Below, in pieces: positions 25,685 through 38,978 of a stretch of DNA of 64,000 nucleotides; position 1 is the stretch's first letter; every line of letters begins with the position of its first letter. The position numbers were made by a program, and so were the translations under genes. The stretch comes from Diplonema japonicum. Its lineage: Eukaryota; Protista; Euglenozoa: Diplonemea. The notes under the pieces are model-generated. The model was not told the DNA's origin and did no database searches. It saw only the letters and a program-made list of their open reading frames with translations. The stretch covers positions 62,001 to 126,000 of the forward strand of contig OZ025705.1 of the NCBI GenBank assembly GCA_964019335.1. The letters are read 5' to 3'.

Positions 25685-25947
25685 TTAAAAAATGGAAAGG
25701 AAAATATCCTTACTCACAAGCGGCTGTGAGAAAGAGAAGAGGGAAAGAAAGAAGGGGAGAACAAAACAAAAAAAAAAGGCAAGAAAAAAAAAAAGAAAAA
25801 AAAAAAGGTAGGATCGGATGGAAAGTGGGAGGGGACCAAGAAGAAAAAAAAAAAAGAATGAAACTGGTACTTAAACAAATCAAAGCCACATGAGGGGAGG
25901 GAAGGGTCGCTATCTCGATATTTTTAGTGGAAAAATATCCCAAACTG

Positions 25948-25988
<41 letters not shown>

Positions 25989-26285
25989 AGAAGAAGAACC
26001 CTTTCCCTACCTGACACGGCTTCTTACACAAAGAAAAAAAAATCTGGGGGGAAAACATGCCTGTCCTCCTGCCTCGGAGGTTTGTCAAACTGCATGGATT
26101 AGGGAGGAGAGTATCCAGTCACGGATATCAGTGGAAAAAAGAGACATTTAAGAGTACCTGCGGTATGTGGCAGGACGCTTTGAAAGAAGAAGAAAAAGAA
26201 GAAAAAAAAAGACTCTCATTCATGGTGTTTGAAAGAAAGTGGGAATGAAAAAAAAAAAAAAAAAAAAAAACACGCACAAATTTTG

Positions 26286-26328
<43 letters not shown>

Positions 26329-26413
26329 AGAAACTCTCATCGTTTAACATCGACAAAGATTTCTTTCTTTTTTTTTTTATTTTTTTATTTCCCTTTTGTC
26401 CCCCAACCCTTTA

Positions 26414-27412
26414 CTACTTATTAAGAAGCCTTCTCACAGCGCCAAGGCACTTATCATGCAGAACAAAGAGCAAAGCAGCCGTAAGAACGGACTGCCAAAC
26501 CTTGCTGTTCAACCCACTGAACAAGCCTTGGAACCCCTTTTGCCTGTAGACGCCAACGAGGCACGCGAAAGTCGATTCATATTGCTCTTTAGCATCGTCA
26601 CTCTTCGATTGCGCCTGAAGTGTTGTTTTAGCCATGATGTAAGGGTAGGTGCATATAGTGGCAGTGAGCTTGCCAATGGCCCCGAGCACGAAAAGCTCAT
26701 AGGAAGATAGTGGTGACGAAGCAGCTCGTGAATGCAACCGCAGCCACATGGCCTTTGCTTTTTCAAAAGCTCCGTACTGAATTGTAGGGTTAGATACAAG
26801 GATCAAAGCAGGGCCGAGCCCCTTGTACATTCCCGGAAGGCCTTCCTCCATAGCCAGGTCCTTCAGCTCAGCAAGCGTCGATTTTTTCGAGCCGGTTTTA
26901 ATCTGCCGTGTGGAAACAACCCAAATTGGGTTTGTGAGCACGGCACCACCCGCCCCTGCCAGGGACGCACAGACTAACGTTCTTTTAATGGTATCTTTGA
27001 TAGGGATTCTTTGATGAAGGTAGGAGTACAAGTAGTAATACACAGCTTGGATGACAAGCATTCCGTATATAGAAGATCCTAGCCCGGAATACAGCCTTGC
27101 CCAGCCTTGTTTGTCTTGCAACAGTTCCTTGAGAACCTCTAGGGTGGTTGGTGGGGATTTTCTGTCTATGAGGCCCTTTGTTTCTTCTTCGCTGTCGTCG
27201 TGGCCCAGGGACTCCGTGCTTCGGCTTATTTGCGGCTTCACGGGGGACAGCATGTTGCGGACGTCAGAATGTTGGGAAGAGCCTTCTTTTTTGTGCATTT
27301 GCATGATCATTGACAGAGAAGTGAAGGGAAAAGTGGCTGCTTGCGCAAGGGAGCCTCCCAATGCACCCGCCACAGCTTGCATCGCGGGAGTAGCTGCTGA
27401 GTGATCTCCCAT
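26414..27412 (-). CDS. Mitochondrial carrier family protein, peroxisomal PMP34/SLC25A17-like
   Basis: Three carrier repeats (TFPF, TNPIWVVSTR, TYPYIMAKT); LVSNPTIQYGAFE is typical of PMP34/PXN. Confidence 0.85.
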   Translation of the reverse strand: MGDHSAATPAMQAVAGALGGSLAQAATFPFTSLSMIMQMHKKEGSSQHSDVRNMLSPVKPQISRSTESLGHDDSEEETKGLIDRKSPPTTLEVLKELLQDKQGWARLYSGLGSSIYGMLVIQAVYYYLYSYLHQRIPIKDTIKRTLVCASLAGAGGAVLTNPIWVVSTRQIKTGSKKSTLAELKDLAMEEGLPGMYKGLGPALILVSNPTIQYGAFEKAKAMWLRLHSRAASSPLSSYELFVLGAIGKLTATICTYPYIMAKTTLQAQSKSDDAKEQYESTFACLVGVYRQKGFQGLFSGLNSKVWQSVLTAALLFVLHDKCLGAVRRLLNK

Positions 27413-28457
27413 TTTTTTTTTTTTTTTTTTTTTTTTTCCCCTTGCGATTTTTTTTTTTTTTGAAGCACAAAAAAAAAAGTCAAAAATAAAAAGTAGTAAA
27501 GAGAGGGAAAAACGAAAAGAAAAAAGGGGGGGGGGGGTAGAGGGAGAGAGAGAGAGAAGAAAGGGGGGGCATTAAAAATAAAATGGAGCCTATTCTTTTT
27601 TTTTTGTTTTCTTTTTTCTTTAAAAAAAAAAATAATAATAAAAATAAAAAAAAGAGGGCGTCATAATTAGTCCCTTTCCTCTCCACTCCCCCTCCCCTAC
27701 GACTGTACTGACAATTAGGATTTAATTATTGTTAATACAAAAAAAAAAAAAAAAAAAAAAAAAAAGGGAAAGAATGGGGCTTTGGTTGCAACACTATTTG
27801 GCGTTAGGGGTTCTTCGGGTAGGTTCGGTCTGAACTCTCCGGTGAGCCGGTTGCAAGTCGCTTGTCGTTTGGTGCGATTTTGGGTCTGCAGTACCCTCGG
27901 ATCCGCTTGTTGGGAAAACGTCAAGAATGGCTTCCCGGGGATAGGAGGGGATTGTGCTTTCTTTTCGGCCACCTCTGACAATTTTGTCAGCACTCTGGCT
28001 AACCAGTTCGCACGCTTGCGTACGTCAGCCGTAAAGATAAGAAAGGGGATGGGGGGGAGGAGTTTTTTTTTTTTTTTTTTTTTTTTTTTGTGTATGCCAC
28101 TTATCTTTTTTTTCTCTTTTTTCTCTCTCCTTGTTTTGTTCAAAAAAAAAAATTAGTCGACATACCACAAAAAAAAAGGGGGGAGTAAAAAAAAAAAAAA
28201 AGTTGAGAAAGAGAAAAGAAAAAAAAGGAAGAAGAAAAAGGAGAAAAGAATTGTTTGTAGAAAAGTGTTTCCTAAAAGTTTTTGTAAGAAAGTGTGTGTG
28301 TGTGTGGGGATAGCCCAACCAGGTAGTCAAACAAACCTGGGGGGTTGCTACACGGGCCAAAAGAAACTCAAAGTACAGGACAAACCCCCTCATGGAGGGT
28401 CGCCCTTAAGAAAAGAAAGCTTTTTCCCCTTTCCTTCCAACACCAGTAGTTACGGGA

Positions 28458-28492
<35 letters not shown>

Positions 28493-28751
28493 GTGGAAGA
28501 CTGAGATTGAAAAACATAAAAATCTGTTGAGTAAAAAAAAAAAAAAAAATAAAAAAAAATGTGCTGGTCTGGAAATCACAAGCTTCTTTTGGAAAAGCCA
28601 GGGAGGGGAGAGCCTATTACCCCTCACGGGCACTCCTCAGAAGAAATAGCGAAAGACCCAGGATTCTTCTTCTTTAACCTCTTCTTCCCAGTTTTATTGT
28701 AGCCAACAAGAAGGGACGTAGCACTCAAAAGTGCTGTAGTAAAATTAAACA

Positions 28752-28795
<44 letters not shown>

Positions 28796-29950
28796 CCCGT
28801 TTTGAGAGGTTCCGTCTGACAGGTCTTTCTTGTCTCCCAGCCGACACCCTGAAATGGCTCGCTTAAGGGGAGGTGTCGCTACGCACCTAGACCCGGCCAA
28901 AAGGTCTTGCTGCCCCTAAAATATAATTATGTGAGCCCCCCCAAAAAAAAGCAAGAATTCTTTCCTTTCTTCTTCTTGGAGCCTGGAAAAAAATGTGGGC
29001 AGAACAAGATGGGGTTGCTAGCAACCCTCATTAAGAATTCGTTTTTTTGGGGGGGGGGAACCACTTTGCCTTAGTGACTTCCAGAGAAGAAGAGAGAGAA
29101 AAAAAAAAGAAAAAAAAAAAAAAAAAGAAAAAAAACAGAAGAAAAAAGAGGGGAGGGAAAGGGTTATTTCGTTCCCTCTCAAACCTCTTTCTCATTTTTC
29201 TTTTTTTTTTTTTCTCTTTTTTTCTCATTCTTTTTTTTTTTTTTTTCTTTTAAATTTTCCTCCCACAGCAAAGATATCTTATTCGGTTTTTAATTTTCGA
29301 TAAAGAGCAGGCCTTCTGAGCAAAAAAAAAAAAAAAAAAAAAAGAAAAAAAAAATTAAAAAAGAAAAAGAAAAAAAGGTTGAACGCAAATAAGGAGGTTT
29401 TAAGTACTTTTAAAATAACATTATTAAATATTTGCAGATTGGCATAAAAGCAAGAAAGAGTGCATAAAAATGCACTCAGTTATTAAAAAAAAAAGAAAGA
29501 AAAAAAAAGAAGTGCTTTCTCAAACATAACCACTCCCTTAAAAGCATGTATTCTTCCTGCATCCAAGAAAAAGAAAAAGGGGGGTTTTTTTTGTTGAAAA
29601 TAGGGTGAATAAGAAAGGGAAAAGCAACCCCTTTCTCTCTCCCCCCACACATCTCCCCCATTTTTTTTTTTTTTTTTTTTTTTTTTTGGCAAGGTTTTCT
29701 TTTTTTTTTTTTTCCCTTTAATTTTCGCACTCATAAAAAAAAAAAAAAAAAAAAAAAAATAAGAAAGAAGAATAATGATTTCTTTTGAGGGGGATGGGAG
29801 GGGGTGGAAAAAAATCTGCAAAAATTGATGTCAGATGCCCGGCAACAAGCTGCTTCTTAAGCTCAAATAAAAAAAAAAAAAGAGGGTATAAACGTTAAAA
29901 GAGAAAAAAAAAAATCGATACATTTCAGTGGGCTCACTGTTCAAAAAAGA

Positions 29951-30273
29951 ATATATGAGTTAAAGGAGGCCGGTGTTGGCGGCGCCCTGCACAAGAACTG
30001 TCTACTTGATTACAGGGGGCGCGCCGCGACCGAGTTGTATCTTCTTCTGCGTTCCGCATCATATCCTTAATGCGTGCGGTGTACAGCTCAACCCCAGCCG
30101 GTGCGTCCCGGGTACCAAGATTCTGCGCTCGTGCAGTTTGCTGCCTGTTCGTCACCCTGAGTATCTGCATTATGTTCTTCCACTCGGGCGCTACCGGTGA
30201 TGACCGACGAGGAGGTCAACAGTGAACAACACATCTGATGTTTTTCTTATATTTTCATGTTATCCCCACCACC
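29951..30273. mobile_element. Family A, near full-length copy (about 320 bp)
   Basis: Highly similar to the 58277 and 43166 copies; GC-rich and homopolymer-free. Confidence 0.9.
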
Positions 30274-30825
30274 TGAAAGAAAAACTTCGCCATGATGGGG
30301 GGGAGGGAGAGGGCGGGGGGGGAGGGGGGGGTAGAACTGTTAGCAACCCATAAAATTCTGGGCCCGATAAACGCTGGGAAGAAGGGAGGTTCACTATGAT
30401 AAAAGGGATGGGGATGGGGAATGGTTTCTTTTTTTCTTTTTCTTTTTTTTTTTTACAATAGTACCTGAAGAGAAAGAGAAATAATTTAAAAAAAAAAAAA
30501 AAAAGAGGGGGTTCCGAATTACACTTGTTGAATGAACCCTTAGGGGACCGGGATAAAAACACAATTTAATAGGAAAAGTGGGGGGTGAGGGAGTCGGGGA
30601 ACAGGGGTGCTAGCAAACGCGATCACAAAAAAAAAAGTCATTTTCGCACTCTTACCCCATTTATAAAAAACCTCAATTTTTTTTTTTTCTAAGTCCCTGT
30701 TTAAAAAAAAAAAAAAAAAAAAAAAAATTAAATAAAAGTCGCAAAATAGTCACGATATCAGGAGAAACAAAAACAAAGGACGGGTGTGATTTCTTTTTTT
30801 TTCTTTTTTTTTTTTTTTTTTAGTT

Positions 30826-31068
30826 TCTTGTTAAAGTGAAAAGCTCCCAGACTGACAAACATGAGTATTTTCCTGAAGGCAAATTCATTTTCCTCCCTGC
30901 TGGGACAACCTCTGTTGACGGACCATATTGGCACACGGAAACAAGTTCTTCTGCAGTATCGATGCACAGAAACAAGCCCGCGAGGGCCATTCTGCCTACT
31001 ATCTAAGAAAATTGTCAGATCGGGAGTTTGCCCTGACATTTGTCAATCCGACATTTTTCACCACAGTA
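30826..31068. mobile_element. TA-flanked MITE family C (also 33886-34066 and 37094-37296)
   Basis: Imperfect TIR consensus TACTG..AAGTGAAAAA(G)TGYCGGRCTGACAAAT at both ends of three loci. Confidence 0.6.
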
Positions 31069-31083
31069 TAAGAATGGTGACAA

Positions 31084-31115
<32 letters not shown>

Positions 31116-31856
31116 AAAAAGTTTCTCTTATTAGCAAGGTATTGGGAAATATTAGGAAGAAAAAAAAAAATAGCAAGAAAAAAAAAATAGATCTTTGAAG
31201 GAAAAAAAAAAAAAAAAAGCCCAATCGGCGGTTATGATTGGAGAGAAAGTGTTGGTAACAACCCCACCAAACATATTTAAAAAAAAAAAAAAGAAAAATT
31301 ATATTATTTCTTATGGTAAGATTTATCACTTGGCCGTATTTAAGAAACCTCGATCATTGGCGGTGTGCTGGTTGGTGAAAAAGATTAAGGTTCCAAGAGT
31401 ACGTAGAAATTCCAAAAAAAAAAAAAAAAAAAGAAAGAAAGAAAATCCGTTTCAAGATTATTTGTTCGTATTTGACGCTTCTTCAGGGGCTCCCACCTCC
31501 CTTAGTGATTTAAAAAAAGGTAGTTTAAAAAAAAATTGAATATAATAACGAAAAGATGGCCGGTCTTTCTTTCTTTCCCCCCCTTTTTTTTTCTTTTTGT
31601 TTGTAACCTCAATTTTTTTTTCTTTTTTTTCCCTTCTTTTTTTTTTTTTGGCTTTCAAGGATTTTCATATTCTGAGCCAAAGAAAAAAAAAAAAAAAAAA
31701 AGGAAAGTAAGTCCCTATTCATGTGATTTTGATCGAAGTTTATTATACCTCTTTCCCCCCCCTCAAAAAAAAGAAAGCATGTCAATATGTAGAGGGGAGT
31801 AGGTTAGGTTTGTCAGGAAGGGGGTTTAAAACATATTTTTTTTTTTCTTTTGATAG

Positions 31857-31887
<31 letters not shown>

Positions 31888-32195
31888 GAAGAGAAGTGTG
31901 GAAGAAAAAAAAAAAGAAAGAAGACAAAAAACGAAGGGTTTTATCTTCAATCTCTCCCCGCCCCCCCCCCCCCCCCCCCTCCCTATCATCTTCTATAAAA
32001 GGTCTTTTCCCCTTGTGTTTTTAGGAGGGGAGGGGGGGAGAGATTTGTTTGTGCGCACGAGCGGAATTTTACCTAATAAAATAGCTCATTACGCTGCCAT
32101 CAACTAGTTTTTAGTCTCGACAATAATATTGTTAAAACAAAAAAGATTGCTCGTGGCAACAAACTTGAGGTAACTTTGGTGCATCAATAAATTTC

Positions 32196-32229
<34 letters not shown>

Positions 32230-32805
32230 GAAAGAACAAATGAGGGTGTGGAAGGAAGGGAAAGGTGGTTAGAACAGGTAAGGTACTTCAAGGCCGCAAT
32301 GCCCCCCCCCCCCCCCCCTTTTTTTACTTTTGGCATTTTTTTTTCTCGAAAAAAAAGGGGGGAGGGAAGGAGTGGGGAAGGTAGAGGGGAGAACCAGAGT
32401 TTTTTTTTTTGTGTCCCCTGTGATAATTAATCAAAATCTTCTTCAGGAATTCGTTACACTTCCCCCCCCCCTTTTTTTTTCCCTTCCCACTCTAATTTAT
32501 TTCCCATCTGATCGCGAAAAGACACCCAGATCCTCCTACTTGTGAAGAAAAAGCTAGTGAGAGTTTATTCTCCCCCAGCTCACTACATTCTTTTTTCTTT
32601 TCTTTTTTTTAAATCCCTGAATGTATCACGTTAGTCTTTTTCTTCTTCTTTCTTTTCGGTTAGTTAAATGGTTTTTAACAAGGTTTTCTTTTTTTTTTTT
32701 TTTTTTGAAAATTATCTGACAGTTCTCCAATTTTTTAAAACATTTTTCTCGGAAATCTGAGATATCGCTGCAATTTCATCGTTTACAAAAAAAAAAGAGT
32801 TTTCT

Positions 32806-32850
<45 letters not shown>

Positions 32851-32907
32851 ATAGCACGTTAATCGTAGATATGAAAGGAAAGGCCGTTCGTTGTGCATCT
32901 GGACAGA

Positions 32908-32947
32908 GGCGATGTTTAAGGGCAAATCCCACTTGAGGACCACCCTT
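32908..32947. repeat. About 40-bp dispersed repeat (also 37707-37745)
   Basis: GGCGATGTTTAAGG(G)CAAATCCCACTTGAGGACCACCCTT at both loci. Confidence 0.8.
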
Positions 32948-32995
32948 AAAAAAAAAAAAAAAAAAAAAAAAACCTGCAGTTTACTGCCCTTCAAC

Positions 32996-33028
<33 letters not shown>

Positions 33029-33885
33029 CTCGGTTCCTTATTATTTGTATAGGCGAGTTCAAGATTCTTTTTTTTTTTTTTTTTTTTTTTTTTGATCAAA
33101 AAAAAAAAAAAAAAGTGGGAGAAAGGGGCTCAAGGGGCAGGACCCTTGTCTCTCGCCCAACTATAAAAAAAAAATAAAAATAAAAAAAGATCTTCAAACC
33201 CCTTTTTTGCTGTGTTAGTAAATAATTATAAAAAATAAAAAAAAAATAGTACTAGGTTTTCCCCAAAAAAAGCTAAGGGAAAAAAAAAATCATAAGGGGA
33301 GGGGTGGATAATAGTCATTACCCTTCTTTCTGTCTCTAGAAAAAACAAAAAAAAACAACATCCCCCCCTCCCCTCAAAACATTTCCCTTACCTATTTTTT
33401 CTTTTTTTCTTTTTTTTTAAAACCTTTTTTCTTCTTTTTTAAAACTCTGCCATGAACGGTATTTATGGGCAAGGCAGTTCTACTCAATATTATGGAGTAT
33501 TCAATCAGGTTTTAAAAAAAAAAAAAAAAGAAAAAGAAAAAATAGAGGGAAATGGGGGGACAGTAATAGTTACAGTAATGGTTGAGAACGAAATAAAAAA
33601 AAAAAAAAAAAAAAAAAAAAAACTTGAAAAAATTTTAGTGTGCATGGGGCTCACTGTTCAGGAGGAGTTTCACACCCATCGGTCACCGTTCTGCGGGTGC
33701 CTCGGTGGCTCGAAGGAGAAAAGTGGTCTCCTGTCGCACCCTAGCAGCCTTTTCCGCGATCTTCTTACCACTGACACCCCGTTCGACTTCAGCAACGCTT
33801 CCGTCAAAAAAATGAAAAATTGTTTACGTCCTCTGCAAAAAAGAAATGAAAAAAAAAAGGAGAAAAAAAAAAAAAAGGAAAAAAA

Positions 33886-33951
33886 ACTGCAAAGTGAAAA
33901 ATGTCGGACTAGCAATTTTCCCGACGCTGCTTTTTTTTTTAAAAAAAAAAA

Positions 33952-34005
<54 letters not shown>

Positions 34006-34066
34006 TTACGTTAACAAAAATAACTCGGAAATTTGTCAGCCCCGGCACTTTTTTCACTTTGCAGTA
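33886..34066. mobile_element. MITE family C copy containing an (AAT)n microsatellite
   Basis: CTGCAAAGTGAAAAATGTCGG... / ...CCGGCACTTTTTTCACTTTGCAG inverted arms. Confidence 0.65.
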
Positions 34067-35332
34067 ATAAACATAAAAATATGTTCGCCCGTATTTTTTT
34101 TTTTTTTCTCGATGTTTTTTTTTTAAAAAAAACCTCTTTCCTTCAAAAATATCTTTTTTTTTTTTTGCAACGCTCTGAGCGTCATTGTGCGCATGGAAAC
34201 TTCGTTGCAAAAAAAAAAAAACAAAAAAAAAAGAAAGAAAAGGAGTGGGGGGGGGGGAGGTGAAAAAACGAACACACGTTGTAAAAATAGGGGAGTGGGG
34301 GGGGGGGGGGGGGGGACTAAGCGCGAAGGTATGAATTTCTTCAATTATTTTTTTTTTTCTTCTTCTTTCCTTCTTCTATACTGTCTTGAAGAACTAAGAT
34401 CTCAAGAGAAGAGAAAAAAAAAAATGTAGTTAAAAAAAAAAAAATATGCATGTGAAAGAAAAAAAAAAGGGGGGGAATATTTTCTGTGATATTCACTGTT
34501 TTTTTAAAAGTTTTGAAGTAAAATATAATAGATATACTGAGAGTTAAGGGTCTCGTTAAGACCAGTGGGGGGCGGAGGGAATAACAACTAAAATGGTGTC
34601 ACCACCATGAGGCAAGATTAGTCTCCCCCAAGCCTGAGTTAAAAAAGGGACAAGGCTCTAGGTGGGGGAGGGGGTTAAAGAACCACGTGGTAGGACATAT
34701 ATATATATATATTTTTTTTTTCTTTTTTTTTTTGTTATAAGGTTTAAAAAAAAAAAGTTCTTTTAGGTTTTTTTTTTTATTTTTTTCGCAATTAAAAAAA
34801 AAAAAAAAGGGAAAATTACACGTCTCATGTTGCTGTGAAATATAAACTCCCAAAGAATATGTCAATAAATGAAGGGGGGGGGGGGGGGGGGGGGAAGGTT
34901 GGTGGGTGTGGACCACACAATACTGGTTCCTGGTCTCTGTGGTTCTACCTCCCTATTCTTGTTCCTTAAAGTGTGGCGTTATGGCCAGCTGCGGACAACA
35001 AAAAATTGGAAGGAGGAACGAAGGAAAACAACAAAAAACAAAAAAAAAAAGAAAGAAAGAAAGAAAGAAAGAAACCTGTAAAAATAAAATCAACTTATTG
35101 CGTTGAAGGCTTCTTAGCACATCCCTAAAAATAAAAAAATAAAAAGGGGGTGATTCACTTACAACCTTTAAAAAAAAAGAAAAGCCTCTTCTGGCAAATG
35201 CCTACCCTTTCTTTATAGGTGCATAAGTGCATCTCAGCATCTTACCATAATAAGGGTATTTTTCGATTTTCTTCGGGTGTATTTAAGTGGATTGCCCCAG
35301 ATAAAGAGCAATAGGTCATTTACCAATCTACT

Positions 35333-35377
<45 letters not shown>

Positions 35378-35773
35378 AGAAGAAGGGGAGGAGGGGCATA
35401 TGGTAGAGCGGCATAAATGGGAGCAAAAGAATAACTTATTGGAAACCCAGTTCAGAAAGAGGTTAGTTGCTCCCAGCGATCTATCAAAGAAAATGTCCCC
35501 GGCGGCCCATTTCTTTCTTTTTTTTTTTTTTTTTTTTTTTTTCCCTTCTCCCAGTAACTGGAAGAAAAAGAAGAAGAAAAGAAGTGATGTAAGAAAAAAA
35601 AAAAAAACAAAAAAAAAAAAAAAAGAGAGAAAAGAGCCATAATTGAAATCTGTGCCGAGAGCAAGAAAATTTCTTGTGTACTGCAATAAAACGGGAAAAA
35701 AAAAAAAATCTTCGCCAAAAGCAAGAAACAGCCATCGACTATTTCTTGACGAAAGTATTTGATCGAAAACTGG

Positions 35774-35804
<31 letters not shown>

Positions 35805-36590
35805 ATTTTTATTTCCGCTGTTACATGTGCCCATCGATAACGGCAATTATAAACTCACTACTTTGTAGGTTAATAAAAAGTTTCTTTTTTTTAAAATATG
35901 TTCTCATATGAATCAAAAGAAGCACTCACACACAGACCGTTTTATTTTCCTTCTTTTTTCCCCCCCCCCTCATCAAATTAAAAAACTGGAGGAAAAAAAA
36001 AAGTAGGTATCAAAAAAAAGGCATTTCGTATTTTTTCACACATCAAAGTAGAAACAAAAAAGGGGGGGAGAGGGAAATAAATATCTGGGAAAAAATTCTT
36101 TTCAAAATTCTCTCATCCTTAGGGGATCGCTTACACTTCTCGTCCCCCTTCCCCCCCCCCCCCCCCCCCTTTCTTCTAGGTTCCTTACTACTTACTGTCG
36201 AAATACGGTAAAAGGAAGGAGATTGGACACAGAAAAACCACTACCTTACAAGGCAAATAAAGAGAGAACAATAAAAAAATTCTTAAAAAATGATTCCTAA
36301 TTTCCTTTTTTTTTTGCAGGGAGAAAAATCTTTGAAAAATCTTGATTCGGGGGTTCCTCATCTCGGAGGACCGTTATTACGGGAGCGGGAAAAAAAAAAA
36401 AAAAACCCCCCGTTTTTTTTTTTTTTTTTATTTTTTATTTTTTTGTGTAAGTGCTTTTTTTTTTTTCCCCCCTAAAAAAAGGGGGGGGAAAAAAAAGAAA
36501 AGAAAAAGCCCTAAGATAAAAAGAAACGCGGGAGAAAAAAAAAGAGAGAAAAAAGGGTACAGGGAAAATTCTTTTTTTTTTTTTTTTTTT

Positions 36591-36961
36591 AATTTCACTC
36601 CTCGTCATTTTCTTCACTCACGACGCGAAATGGCCATTATTTATCTAGTTAAATAATGAGATTTTGGAGTTAAATAATAGCACTTCAGAGTGCAAGAAAT
36701 ATACCCAAACCCTTGAAAAATCTTTTTGGGATGGGCGTATTTTGACTATTTTTGGCCATCTGAGGCCATTCCGGCCCTTAAAGTGGGAATTACCTATTTT
36801 CCTTAGAGGGATATCCCCTAAAAAAAAGCGAAATCAGTGAAGAATGACTCAAATGACGAAGAGCGAAAATAAAACGACTTACTTTGCCGCCAAATGAGCC
36901 ATTATTTAACACCCGTTTCCGTTTTTTCAGGAACTTGAGTTAAATAATGACTCATAATTTG
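36591..36961. mobile_element. Non-autonomous element with IR pair plus right-terminal hairpin
   Basis: Imperfect IR 36591-36618 / 36836-36870; hairpin arms ATGAGCCATTATTTAAC / GTTAAATAATGACTCAT (36894-36955); GTTAAATAAT iterated. Confidence 0.6.
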
Positions 36962-38978
36962 TTGGCCAATACATAGCTATTTCTTTTTTCCCCCCCTTTT
37001 TTTTTTGGTTTTTTGTCACTCTTGACAGTAATGAGAAATGGGACTTCCCCCCCCCCCTTTTTTTAATGTTGAGAGCGATTGGGTAAACAAAAATACTACA
37101 AAAAAAAATGAAAAAAAGTGCCGGGCTGACAATGTGTCAAAGTGTCTGATTGACTGTCTTCTGAGCTTTCTAGGGCCGGTGTAGACCGGTATAAATCCAG
37201 TGTAACATTACAACCCTGTCGGATCAGACAAACTGTAGTCATCAAGTTGGCCGTTTTTTATTTCTCCCCGACAAATTTTTGTTCACTTTTACAGTATTGC
37301 GAATTTTGCTACCCTCATTTCTGTTCTCATACAGATAAAAAAAAAGGGGGGGGATGTTGGTGATGGTGTTGTAAGACGGCAACAAGGAAGGGAAAGTAAA
37401 AGAGAAAAAAAAAAAAAGTCCCTGAGCGAGATTACAAAAATTGGTCTTCTTCATTTTATTTTTCCCTCGCAGGGGGGGGGGGGGGGGGTTTACGCTAAAA
37501 AAAAACTCTTTTTCCCTTCCTTCTCTCTTACCATGTACCACCTTTTCAAAATCCCTTCAATACGTCAAAAAATGTGTGTGTGTGTGTGTTATTATTTTCC
37601 CTTGCACATGAACTTTTTTCTTGTTCTTCTTTTTTTTTTTCCCCCTTTTAATTACGGCATGATTATGAGTTAGATATGATCTTAGTGAGGAAGGGGGAAA
37701 AAAAAAGGCGATGTTTAAGGCAAATCCCACTTGAGGACCACCCTTGTTCCTATTTGCGGTCACAGCTGATGCTTCTAAAGATAGATCTTCTATTCCGCAG
37801 CAACCTCACGTACTTCTGCAGGATTCCATCCTTGGCGTCCTACTTCTCACCTCTAAGAAAAAAAAATAAAAAGATAAAGGAGGCCAGTTGGTGGTGCCCC
37901 GCACAAGCACTATGTCTACTTGATTCCGTGTTCATGCATAAGGAAGTATAGGCAGCAAGCTGGGATAAATAAAAGGTTTTTTTTTTTGAGCCGCATTGCT
38001 GCCTAGATACCGGGACGCCACTTTTTTTTTTTTCTTATTTTATTTTTTTTTTCATTTTTTTTTTGATAAAGGGGGACCAATTTTTTTTTTCATTTTTTTT
38101 TTGGGGGCTTTTAATTCTAAGAAGAAAGCCTTGTTCTAGGTACGAACCCCTTTTTGGTTTCTTTTTTTTGGGGGGGGTTGAGGTGGGGGGAGAGGAGGTA
38201 ATGGTAGAAGAATAATAAAAAAAAGAAGAAGAAAAACAGCTTTTTTTCCAAAGAAGATTTGTTGCTTTAACATGATTCTCTTTGCAGTTGTTGTTGTTTT
38301 TTTTTCCCCCCCTTTTAATGCCACTTCTGGTAGGAGTACAAACTGCCACCGGAGTTGTTTCTCGCATCCCTTTCTTTTTTTTTCTTTCTTCTTTTTAAAA
38401 CCCTCTTTTGATTTTTTTCAATTTATTCATTATTTTTCCTCCCTGTTTCCTCTTTATAAAAAGAGGGGAGGCGGGACTGACAACGCGAGAATATTCCCTA
38501 ATTTTGATTTTTTTTTTTTTTTTTTTTTTTGTATTTCTTTTTTTTTTTTCTCTTTTTTTCGTGCATTGTTCTTCTTTAACTTTTTTTTTGTTGAGGAAAT
38601 GAATCTGGAAAAAAAAAGAAAAAAAAGAAAAAAAAAATGAGATATAGCAATTTGCTTTTTTTTTTTGTAAGGGCGGCAATGTATACCAGCCCTAAAAAAT
38701 AAATGAATAAAAATTTTTATTTTGAACTAGGAGGGGTAGGTGGGGAATGAGAGACAAGGGAAAGCGCTTTTGTCATGACTTTGGTGATTCCTCCACCTTA
38801 TGTTAACTTTGAGCGAAGAAAAAAAAGGGAAAAAAAAAGGGAAAACCCCATCTTGAAATCCCGCCAAAAAGACGTAAAAGTATAGAAACAAAGCGCCCTC
38901 TCATTTGTCTTTCGATCCCCCCCCCCCTTTTTTTCGCTTATCTCCTCCTTCAAATGTTTCTTTTTTATTTTTTTTATT

